A stretch of 64,000 bases of DNA from Dehalococcoidia bacterium (lineage in GTDB: Bacteria > Chloroflexota > Dehalococcoidia > UBA6926): contig CAXXET010000004.1 of assembly GCA_963666115.2 (NCBI GenBank), positions 32,001 to 96,000 on the forward strand. Reading direction: 5' to 3'. A model generated the notes under the pieces. The model did not search any database, was not told the origin of the DNA, and saw nothing but the letters and a program-made list of their open reading frames with translations. Position numbers and translations under genes: made by a program. Shown piece after piece: positions 46,101 through 52,353 of this stretch (positions are counted from its first letter, which is position 1; the number at the start of each line of letters is the position of its first letter).

Positions 46101-47992
46101 GCAGGGGGCCGGTCGCCCAGGGAACCGACACGCACACCACCACGGCCACCCTGGTCAAGAACACGGAATACTCCTTCACCGCGTACAGTGATTCCAACTG
46201 CGCAACCGCCCTCACGCCCTCCGCCTCCATCACGACCCTCAACCCCGCGCTGGCATCCTCCAACGTCGGGGCGACAAGCGCCACGCTGACCCTCTCCGGC
46301 TGGGACCTGACCAAGGACGGCAGCTGGTACTACAAGCACGCGAGCGGCACCTGCTCCGGCGTCCAGTCCGCGCTCACGGCAAGCGTCACCGGCCTCACCA
46401 AGAACACGGCCTACGTCTTCACGGCCTACGCCTCCTCCACGTGCGCAGCGACTATCGTCGCCGCGCCGTCGTTCACAACCCTCAACACGGCTCTCGCAGC
46501 GTCCGGCACGACAGCGACGACCACGACACTAACCCTCTCCGGTTGGACCATCAGCACGAACGGCAACTGGTACTACAAGGCCAACGTGGCGCCGCACACA
46601 ACTTGCTCGGACGCCCAGACCTCGCTCACGGCCAACCTCACCGGGCTGAGCGTGAATACGTCCTACACGTACACGGCGTACAGCGACGCCGCGTGCTCGA
46701 CATCGCAGGCCGTGGCGTCGGCGTTCACTACGAAGAACCCGTACCTTCAGTCCTCCGTGACCAGCAACTCGGTCACGGTCTCCATCTGGAACTGGACCAT
46801 CAGCAAGGATGGTAGCTGGTACCTCAAGGAGACCACCAACAGTTGCAGGTGGACCTCTGGAGTCACCATTACCTTGAGCGCCCTGCAGTCCAACACGTCG
46901 TACACCTACCAGGGCTTCAGCGACAGTTCATGCACCACTGGCAACGAGATCACCGCGCAGCACACGGCCACCACGACAGCAGGCGGCGGCGGCAACAGCA
47001 TCCAGGTCCTCGGCCAGCAGGTCGAGAAACGGCTGCCGAGCCCCGTCACCGGCCTGACCGTCTCGCGACAGAGCGATTTCGGCATCGCGCAAAGCAGCAG
47101 CATCGTCGCCTCGTGGGACGCGTCCCAGCACGCGACGGGCTATGACGTCGTCTACAGCACGGACGGCGAATACAGTTGGACGCGCGCCGCCGACAACCAG
47201 CCCGCCACCACCTTCACCCTCTCCAACGCCAACGAGGGGCTCAGCTACGTGATCGCCGTCCAGGCCGTCAACCAGCACGGAAGCAGCGGCTGGACGGACT
47301 CCGATACCGTGCCCGCCACCGCCAACCTCCCCGGCAGCGTCACCGGCCTCTCTGCGACGCACAACGGCAACAGCATCTCCGTCACGTGGGACGCCGCCGA
47401 CTACGCCGCGAGCTACGACATCGTCTACAGCACAGACGGCAAGTACACCTGGAGCCGCGCCGCCACCGAGCACGTCGGCACAACCTACACCCTCACGGGC
47501 GTAGACGGCGGCTCCAACAAGTCCTACGTCATAGCCGTCAGGGGTGTGAACGGAGTCGGCACAGGCTCCTGGACCAACTCCGATCCCGTCAGCCCCCCCA
47601 ACAACGGCGCCACGTATGACGGGCAGGGACAGTCAGGCGGGCAGGCCGAATCAGGCGCCGTAGGCGCCTCCGCCCCAGGCGCCCCAACCTTCGTGGGCCT
47701 GTCCCACCACGGCGGCCGCCTGAGCGTAACGTGGACAACGTCGGCCACCGCAACAAGCTACGACGTCCAGGTAGGCACGGCAGACGCGAAGGACGAATAC
47801 CCCTCAAGCTGGTCGACCGCCACCTGCTACACGAGCGGCGCAAACAGCTGCAACATCTACAGCGGAGTAAGCAGCGCCAACAACTACGCCGTCCGAGTCC
47901 GAGCCACAAACACCAGCGGCAGCAGCGCCTGGACAGGCTCCATCCTGGTCTGGTACATAACCGGCAGCGCAGGAGGCGCCTCCGGCGCCTAA
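40136..47992 (+). CDS. Giant secreted protein C: signal peptide, ~16 Calx-beta/Ig-like repeats, 4 Cys-containing repeats, 3 FN3-like domains; no TM anchor
   Basis: Repeat V.EG..ATY.VKL...P...VTV...D.DITVSP..LTFT..NW.T.QTVT..A..D.D...G.R.I.HT; WYYK..C..AYSD..C repeats; AGGGGG before ATG 40136; ARA-D cleavage-like site. Confidence 0.9.
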   Translation: MLNRSAAVPANGTAASRAASRVGLAAVLVLAAILAAAALLALTPARADASGASPGLVIQGSPISGSRINVTEGKWSSYTVKLATQPSADVTVTLSPHNDSTRPVHVQWGSGQPRQKSTTFTPSNWNTAQTVNIWGTQDSDYQYLNGQWVAGVANEAEWVYHRATSSDDDYDREQEVLQARVSDDDGITATASSLTVTEGGSSTYNISLITAPAAGYTVSVSFSVAGDSDITVSPSSLSFNADNYTVAQTVTVSAAPDADTANGTATITHTATGGNYSYSRGTVAVTENDTGAAAVTPTPTPTPPPTPAPKASLIVTTPDECDKDTLDVNDNVIDGMKVAQGESCTFDVVLGKQPNADVAVNIYKYGDADGVLSYSPAKLTFTNANWDTKQTVTVTSAATQYHGLRQANMMIRTGNTKDTTGYHNLPWTYLRVNQVKGPGIILSAPGIVHSGGHSAISVTEGSSLGYDVKLNTKPTANVTVTVAQPTSGDTDLTLVGADSDNQRVLTFTPSNWNTAQLVTIAAAHDVDLVNGSRTFVNTAASDDSDYNDKYTDLTATEIEDDKASLVLSSTAVTVPEGGTATYTVKLSNQPSGAVTIDIEALTGREVTPVATEGDRDLRGSPGTLTFSTTNWNVAQTVTLTADEDGDDLAGTRTIRHTASDTSAEFSGLVVHLVATEGENDSRGFKLSRSSPITLNEGGSTTYTIKLGTEPTADVVIALNAEGDSDITVAPASMTFTSVNYATAQTVTISAAEDDTDYADDTANISHSITTTDAIYVEQFIGTMHVTAKENDAALVLSVNTLQVPENGTAEYTVALTNRPTGDVTVTITEGTTTNDDTSITVTRPSSKVLTFTTATWNSPTTVTLRAASDSDAVNGTRTISHTASGGGFDSAPAQTLTAIESDTRATVILRNSADTANISSIAVTEGSSATYKVELGAQPSSDVTVTVGRTGDTNVTASPASLTFTSSNWDTPQTVTLSAASDTDLANGTATITHSAANGGFNGKSASLTATETDNTGQVVLRNAADNANITAITVPENGNTTYKVELSHQPTGGTVAVRITYASGGDTSITRSPTSLYFTRTNWNVAQTVTLRASNDSDTTAGARSIVHTATGGGYNSPTKTLTATEAEDDYAVVLRNAADSADISTISVTEGSTATYKVELSIAPTGSVTVAVAAATTGSNVDPSITVSPATLTFTANNWSTAQTVTLTAAEDNTDIINGKRNITHTASGANYNNTPVASLTATEADNDTGTIVLRNNADNADITTIDVPENGNINYKVKLSHQPQGNVTIRMTYASGGDSDITYNKSSLYFNATNWSTLQTVTLRARDDSDQLAGTRTINHTSTGGGYTDTAALAATEAENDKSVILTPSSVSVGEGSTANYTVKLSVLPTSDVIVTIAAGTGDSNITVQDTDDSQSGNQTSTITFTTTNWSTARTVVLAAAQDADILNGTRSITHTSTSTDAAYNNKTVTLTATEADNDSGTIKIRNAADSADISTLNVNEGGSATYKVKLSMEPRASVTVNIAGATSGSYTDSDITVSPSSLTFTTRNWDTAKTVTLRAAQDADLLNGIRSIRHTGDSTDNGYPTTLLLTLAASEVDNDTGAVLIRDSGDTSNINAASVTEGSTATYKIKLSKEPRANVTVTVAAATTGNATDSDITVSPATLTFSSTTWSTAQTVTLTAAEDNGDLTNGSRAITHTASGANSGYVGAAVKTLTATEADNDTNGAILIRNAADDAAITTQGVREGGTATYKVKLDKQPRANVTVTVSQGAGDTDITVISARTLTFTPNNWNTAKSVTLRATQDAGTAFGTRTITHTPSGTNNGYASAASLTAQEYDDDVMIEISDSSNNDTDAVLVREGSTASYMVKLSQLPLADVTVAITSTGDRDITFSPSSLTFTRTGSTIWSTAQEVTVSAAADTDTSNGTKTIRHNASGGGYDYAATASVTAREQDGPTLSLTATAITATMTISQHTNAWWYKIGGSPTCRGPVAQGTDTHTTTATLVKNTEYSFTAYSDSNCATALTPSASITTLNPALASSNVGATSATLTLSGWDLTKDGSWYYKHASGTCSGVQSALTASVTGLTKNTAYVFTAYASSTCAATIVAAPSFTTLNTALAASGTTATTTTLTLSGWTISTNGNWYYKANVAPHTTCSDAQTSLTANLTGLSVNTSYTYTAYSDAACSTSQAVASAFTTKNPYLQSSVTSNSVTVSIWNWTISKDGSWYLKETTNSCRWTSGVTITLSALQSNTSYTYQGFSDSSCTTGNEITAQHTATTTAGGGGNSIQVLGQQVEKRLPSPVTGLTVSRQSDFGIAQSSSIVASWDASQHATGYDVVYSTDGEYSWTRAADNQPATTFTLSNANEGLSYVIAVQAVNQHGSSGWTDSDTVPATANLPGSVTGLSATHNGNSISVTWDAADYAASYDIVYSTDGKYTWSRAATEHVGTTYTLTGVDGGSNKSYVIAVRGVNGVGTGSWTNSDPVSPPNNGATYDGQGQSGGQAESGAVGASAPGAPTFVGLSHHGGRLSVTWTTSATATSYDVQVGTADAKDEYPSSWSTATCYTSGANSCNIYSGVSSANNYAVRVRATNTSGSSAWTGSILVWYITGSAGGASGA

Positions 47993-48029
47993 CGCCAACA
48001 CAACACGGCACAACACGGCGCAACAAACA

Positions 48030-48058
48030 GTAGGGGCGGCTCAATGAGCCGCCCCTAC
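48030..48058. repeat. Perfect GTAG-tagged palindrome (REP-like, possible terminator)
   Basis: GTAGGGGCGGCTCA-A-TGAGCCGCCCCTAC; 14-bp arms; just downstream of giant gene C. Confidence 0.8.
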
Positions 48059-48163
48059 GTCATTCCGGCGTAGGCCGGAATCCACCCCGTGCCCCCCCTC
48101 CGTCATTCCCGCCCCCTCCGTCATTCCCGCCCCCTCCGTCATTCCCGCGAAAGCGGGAATCCA
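48058..48163 (+). repeat. CGTC-tagged REP-like elements with an 18-bp stutter
   Basis: cgtcattccggcgtaggccggaatcca at 48058; cgtcattcccg at 48101 and 48119; full cgtcattcccgcgaaagcgggaatcca at 48137-48163. Confidence 0.88.
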
Positions 48164-48220
48164 GCCCCCCATCCTCCCGTTATAATGACCCCACACCCAA
48201 CCCCCACAGGAGTTACCAAA

Positions 48221-48514
48221 ATGGCAACAGTACGAGCGAGATACGAGCGTGGCGTCCTAACCCCCCTCGCCCCCCTGGACATCCAGGAAGGCGCAGAGGT
48301 AACCGTCTCAGTAGAAGCAGACGCCCCCACACCCAACGGCGCGCAGCAGCCGGCGGACAAACCGGACGCCCCCGCCAAGTCAGGCGAGACCCTCCTTGAA
48401 ATGGTTGACCGCCTGCACGCGTCCTATCCCCCGGACATGTGGGAGGGACTTCCAAAGGACTTGGCCAAAAACAAGAAGCACTACCTCTACGGCCATCCCA
48501 AAGAAGAGGACTAA
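48221..48514 (+). CDS. Antitoxin, DUF104/AF2212-like
   Basis: TVRARYERGVLTPLAPLDIQEGAEV N-terminus; DLA.N..HYLYG C-terminus; AGGAG SD; TATAAT at 48181; directly upstream of a PIN gene. Confidence 0.82.
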   Translation: MATVRARYERGVLTPLAPLDIQEGAEVTVSVEADAPTPNGAQQPADKPDAPAKSGETLLEMVDRLHASYPPDMWEGLPKDLAKNKKHYLYGHPKEED

Positions 48515-48931
48515 ATGCCGCCGCTGTTTGCGGATTCCGGTTATTGGATCGCTCTCATCCATCGGGACGATGCGCTGCATGCGCGGGCGAGAGCAGCCGC
48601 AGCCAATCTAGGGTCGACTCCCATCGTCACAACGCAGATGGTGCTGGTTGAAACGCTCAACTACATGTCACGCCTGGGAGAGGCTCGACGCACGATCGCT
48701 GAGGAATACGTGAGGGATCTGCAGACCAATCCTCAAGTGGAAATCATCCCCCAGACGGATGCCCAGTTCCAGGACGCGCTGGAACGATACGCCGCCCGCC
48801 GTGACCAAACCTGGAGCCTGACGGACTGCGCCAGCTTCCTAATAATGGAACAACGAGGAATCACGGACGCCCTCGCCTACGACCAGGACTTCCAACAAGC
48901 AGGCTTCACCCCCCTCCTAAGAACCCCCTAA
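48515..48931 (+). CDS. vapC: PIN-domain (VapC-like) toxin
   Basis: FADSGYWIAL..D..H, VLVE, SLTDCASF, ALAYDQDF..AGF. Confidence 0.9.
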   Translation: MPPLFADSGYWIALIHRDDALHARARAAAANLGSTPIVTTQMVLVETLNYMSRLGEARRTIAEEYVRDLQTNPQVEIIPQTDAQFQDALERYAARRDQTWSLTDCASFLIMEQRGITDALAYDQDFQQAGFTPLLRTP

Positions 48932-48958
48932 CCCCCCACCCCCCCGTCCACCCCCCTC

Positions 48959-48985
48959 CGTCATTCCGGCGTAGGCCGGAATCCA
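48959..48985 (+). repeat. CGTC-tagged REP-like element, identical to the copy at 48058
   Basis: cgtcattccggcgtaggccggaatcca. Confidence 0.88.
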
Positions 48986-49005
48986 CCACCCCCACCCCTA
49001 CCCCC

Positions 49006-49035
49006 TTTACACCCCCCCCCCCCCCCATATATGCT
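49006..49035 (+). promoter_or_regulatory. Putative promoter with a C15 homopolymer spacer
   Basis: TTTACA (49006-49011), C15 (49012-49026) plus ATA, TATGCT (49030-49035); 18-bp spacer. Confidence 0.55.
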
Positions 49036-49070
49036 ACCCTTACCAAGTGACGTTAAAGGGAAAGGAAGGC

Positions 49071-49910
49071 TTGACCACAGCACGTCCTATGAGCAGTTCC
49101 GGCCCCGGCACACCTGACTACACCATGGGTTTCAGCCAGGAGATACTGGAATCCTTCCGCCGCTACACGGCCGCATCCTGCGCCGCCTACTTCCTCCCAC
49201 GCCTCCAACCCGGCTTCCGTGTCCTCGACGTCGGCTGCGGCCCAGGCTCCATCTCCGTCGGCCTTGCGGAAGCCGTCGCCCCAGGCGAACTCCACGGCAT
49301 TGACATGGAGCCCTCGCAGATCGAGATGGCCGGCAGGCTCGCCCAGTCCAACGGGCGCGACAACACCGTCTTCCATGTCGCCGACGCCCTCAACCTCCCC
49401 TTCGAAGACGACTTCTTCGATGCCGTCCACTGCCACAACGTCCTCATGCACGTGCCGGACACCGCCGCCCTCCTCACGGAACTCAAGCGCGTCCTCAAGC
49501 CCGGCGGCGTCATCGGCGCCCGCGAACTGATCGTCGGATCGTCCTTCACCTACCCCGATTACGGCGTTATCGGCCACGCCTGGGACATGTTCGCAGACCT
49601 GTTGGAGGCCGATGACGGCCACCCGCAGATGGGCAAGGAACTCAAGGGACACCTCGCGCGCGCCGGCTTCTCGGACATCCACGTCTCCGCCGCCATCGAT
49701 GTCTACAGCCACCCGGAGGACGTCGCATTCATCTACTGGGTCACGCAGACCTGGTTCCTCTCGCCGGAGATACTGGAAGCGGCCATCAAGTACGGCGCGT
49801 CCACACAGGAACTGGCAGATCAAATCTCCCAGGCCTACGAAAGGTGGCGCGAAGACCCCGCCGCCTTCTGCGCCCTGGCCTTCGGCGAAGCCACCGCCAC
49901 CAACCCCTAA
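49071..49910 (+). CDS. Class I SAM-dependent methyltransferase (UbiE/Methyltransf_31-like)
   Basis: VLDVGCGPG, ADALNLPFEDDFFDAV, RVLKPGG. Start is TTG 49071 or ATG 49089. Confidence 0.9.
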   Translation: MTTARPMSSSGPGTPDYTMGFSQEILESFRRYTAASCAAYFLPRLQPGFRVLDVGCGPGSISVGLAEAVAPGELHGIDMEPSQIEMAGRLAQSNGRDNTVFHVADALNLPFEDDFFDAVHCHNVLMHVPDTAALLTELKRVLKPGGVIGARELIVGSSFTYPDYGVIGHAWDMFADLLEADDGHPQMGKELKGHLARAGFSDIHVSAAIDVYSHPEDVAFIYWVTQTWFLSPEILEAAIKYGASTQELADQISQAYERWREDPAAFCALAFGEATATNP

Positions 49911-50380
49911 AGCGTCCCCTCGTAATTCGCCACTATCTTCAAGGAAGAAGCCAAAAACGCCCGCCGCTCACGCGCCCCCAACCCCGACAACAGCGTCTCG
50001 TAGTACTCCTCGATCTTCTGGATCACCTCCGCCATCAACTCCTCCCCCGCAGGAGACAGCCGCAGCATCACGATCCGACGGTCGTTCCGCAGACGACGCC
50101 GGCGCAAAAGGCCCTTGCTCGCCAGGTCGGACACCAGCCGGCTGATGCGAGACGCGTCCGTCGGCAGCATTTGCGCAAGCTGTGTCGCCGCGCACTCCCG
50201 CATCTCCGCGCAGATCATCAGAAGCTGCGCGTCGATGGTCGTCAACCCGTACGGGGCGACCACGATGGAGATGCCCCGGTGAACCGCGTTCTCCAGGCTG
50301 GATACAACCCGCACGAGGTCCGGCATCTCATCCGTCTTACCGTCTGAGCCGTCTTGGGCTCGTCGTCGCGGCCCTGTCAT
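49907..50380 (-). CDS. MarR-family transcriptional regulator
   Basis: GLT..DAQLL, QLAQ...DASRISRLV..L..KGL..R....DRR...L.LS..G. Confidence 0.88.
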   Translation of the reverse strand: MTGPRRRAQDGSDGKTDEMPDLVRVVSSLENAVHRGISIVVAPYGLTTIDAQLLMICAEMRECAATQLAQMLPTDASRISRLVSDLASKGLLRRRRLRNDRRIVMLRLSPAGEELMAEVIQKIEEYYETLLSGLGARERRAFLASSLKIVANYEGTL

Positions 50381-50611
50381 AACGTCCCTTGCTTGCTTTC
50401 AACAATCAATGATGATCCCTATCATAGCCTAATCATCGCGCGACGTATACCGTTTCGCGCATATATCCCCAAAAGATTACCATCACGTCACACCCACAAT
50501 ACCACCCCCCACCCAAAAACCCACAAAACACCAACAACCCCCGCCCGAATCCCCCGCGAAGGCGGGGCCCCCGCTCACCCTACCCCCCCACCGTTCACCC
50601 TGACCCCCACA

Positions 50612-50637
50612 TGTCATTCTGAGCGCAGCGAAGAATC
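50612..50637 (+). repeat. GTCATT-type REP-like element that supplies the last codons and stop of sulP
   Basis: Exact consensus tgtcattctgagcgcagcgaagaatc; its minus strand encodes DSSLRSE*. Confidence 0.85.
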
Positions 50638-52263
50638 CCCCAACATCTCCCTCACCCTGGCCCTCGCCGCCTCCATATCACTCACAATCAAACCCTGGAA
50701 CGCGCCCCCCAGCAAACCAAACGCGTCCAGCGTCTCCCTCACCGGCGGCGTCAAACCCGCCATGATAACCCGCCCCGGCCGCCGAACCGCGGCAATCCGC
50801 ACCAGGTCCGCAATCGCCACCGCTGCGGAATCATCGATGAACACCGCGCGCGACATGTCGAAGATCACCACTTGGTGCCCCAGCGTGTCCGTGCGGATGA
50901 TGCGGCTCACCTCGCGCGTCGATGCCGCCGTCACCCGGTCCGGGAAGATGACCATGCCCGCCCGCGCCTCGAACGAATCTGTCTCGTCATCGCCGAAAAG
51001 CGCGCTGTCGAGGAGGGGCGCGGAGATCAGCGCCTCCGTCTCCAGCTTTTCGTGGCGCCGCGCCCCCGCCAGCGCGGACACGACGAAGCCCACCACCACC
51101 GCGAGAGTGATGTCCACGAACAGCACGAGGACGCACGTCAGCGCCATCACGATCGTGTAGTCCGCCGGCACGCGGCGCGCCCGCTTGATGAACCGCCAAT
51201 CAATGATGTTCCAGCCGTTGATGATCAGGATGCCCGCCAAAACCGCGAGCGGCACGCGCTCCACCAGCGGGCCGAGAACGAAGATCGTGGCGCCGATGAG
51301 CGCCGCGACGGTCAAGCCCGCCAACTGCGTGCGCCCGCCTGCGAACGCGTTGACAAAAGTCCCGGGAGACACGCCCCCGGGCAACCCGCCAATCATGCCC
51401 GCCGCCACGTTCCCCGCCCCCTGCGCCGCCAGCTCCTGGTTCGGCTTGTGCTGCGTCCCCGTGATCGTGTCCAGCGGAAGCGCCACGATCAGCGTCGAAA
51501 GCGAACTCAGCAGCGCCATCGCGAAGGCGGGCTGCAGCAGCCGGACGGCCGTTTCGAGGGAGAACGCGGGCCATACCGGCGGGGGAAGCTCCTGCGGAAT
51601 CGCCCCGATGGTCGGCGCCCCCGCAAAGAACAGAACCCCCACTGTTGTTCCCAACGCCAGCACGGCGAACTGCGACGGCGCAATCTTCAACAGCCGTCCG
51701 CGCCACGCCACCCCCAACGCCACGCAGAGCGCCGCAACGATCATCGCCTCCACGTTGGCGTTCGCCGCCGCGTCAGGCAGCGCCCGGATGCTGTCCAGCG
51801 CGGTGCCCGCCGGGGACGCTCCAACGCCGAGCAGCAGCTGCTTGATGATCAGGAGGATGCCGAACGCCGTGAAGAATCCGGCAACCAGGGAGTACGGCGT
51901 ATACGCCACGAAACGCCCTAGCCGCAACACGCCGAAGCCCATCTGGATCAAGCCCGCGAGAATCGCCGCGGTCGCCGCCTCCGCAAGGCTGTTCGCGTAT
52001 TGGGAGACAACGGCTGCCATCGTCAGCGTGACGAGGATATTCGGGCCGGAGATCAGCCCGCGCGTCCCCCCGAACACCGCCCCGAACAGGCTCACCGCGA
52101 ACGCGCCGTACAGCCCGGCAACCGCGCCAAGCCCGGAGATCGCCCCGTACCCGATCGCCGCCGGAAGCACGATGCTCCCCGCAGTGAGTCCGCCGAGAAC
52201 GTCGCCCCGGAGTTGACCCCAGCTATAGCTGAGCCTGCCGGTTAGTGCCGCTGTCCTGATCAT
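50614..52263 (-). CDS. SulP/SLC26 anion permease with STAS domain (supE-like position)
   Basis: GDVLGGLT..IVLP.AIGYG.ISG, GLYGA, ISGP, NQELAAQG.GN, C-terminal STAS DMSRAVFIDDSAA. Confidence 0.9.
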   Translation of the reverse strand: MIRTAALTGRLSYSWGQLRGDVLGGLTAGSIVLPAAIGYGAISGLGAVAGLYGAFAVSLFGAVFGGTRGLISGPNILVTLTMAAVVSQYANSLAEAATAAILAGLIQMGFGVLRLGRFVAYTPYSLVAGFFTAFGILLIIKQLLLGVGASPAGTALDSIRALPDAAANANVEAMIVAALCVALGVAWRGRLLKIAPSQFAVLALGTTVGVLFFAGAPTIGAIPQELPPPVWPAFSLETAVRLLQPAFAMALLSSLSTLIVALPLDTITGTQHKPNQELAAQGAGNVAAGMIGGLPGGVSPGTFVNAFAGGRTQLAGLTVAALIGATIFVLGPLVERVPLAVLAGILIINGWNIIDWRFIKRARRVPADYTIVMALTCVLVLFVDITLAVVVGFVVSALAGARRHEKLETEALISAPLLDSALFGDDETDSFEARAGMVIFPDRVTAASTREVSRIIRTDTLGHQVVIFDMSRAVFIDDSAAVAIADLVRIAAVRRPGRVIMAGLTPPVRETLDAFGLLGGAFQGLIVSDMEAARARVREMLGDSSLRSE

Positions 52264-52302
52264 GTGCCCCGCCCCGTTCAGCCCACACGGGCGCCCAAAG
52301 TG

Positions 52303-52329
52303 ACTATAGTGTAATCAGCAGTGTAGTCA
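52303..52329. promoter_or_regulatory. Possible bidirectional -10 element between sulP and supA, plus direct repeats
   Basis: Palindrome ACTATAGT (52303-52310) reads TATAGT on both strands; AGTGTARTCA at 52308 and 52320. Confidence 0.4.
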
Positions 52330-52353
52330 GTGTGCGCGGAACGCGGAGGCGGT

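Noticed and set aside
47996-48025. Short CAACACGGC tandem repeat
   Set aside because: Only 2-3 degenerate 10-bp copies in low-complexity spacer DNA.
50409-50460. MarR operator palindromes (ATGAT..ATCAT; GCGCGA-N11-TCGCGC)
   Set aside because: Arms too short to distinguish from chance.
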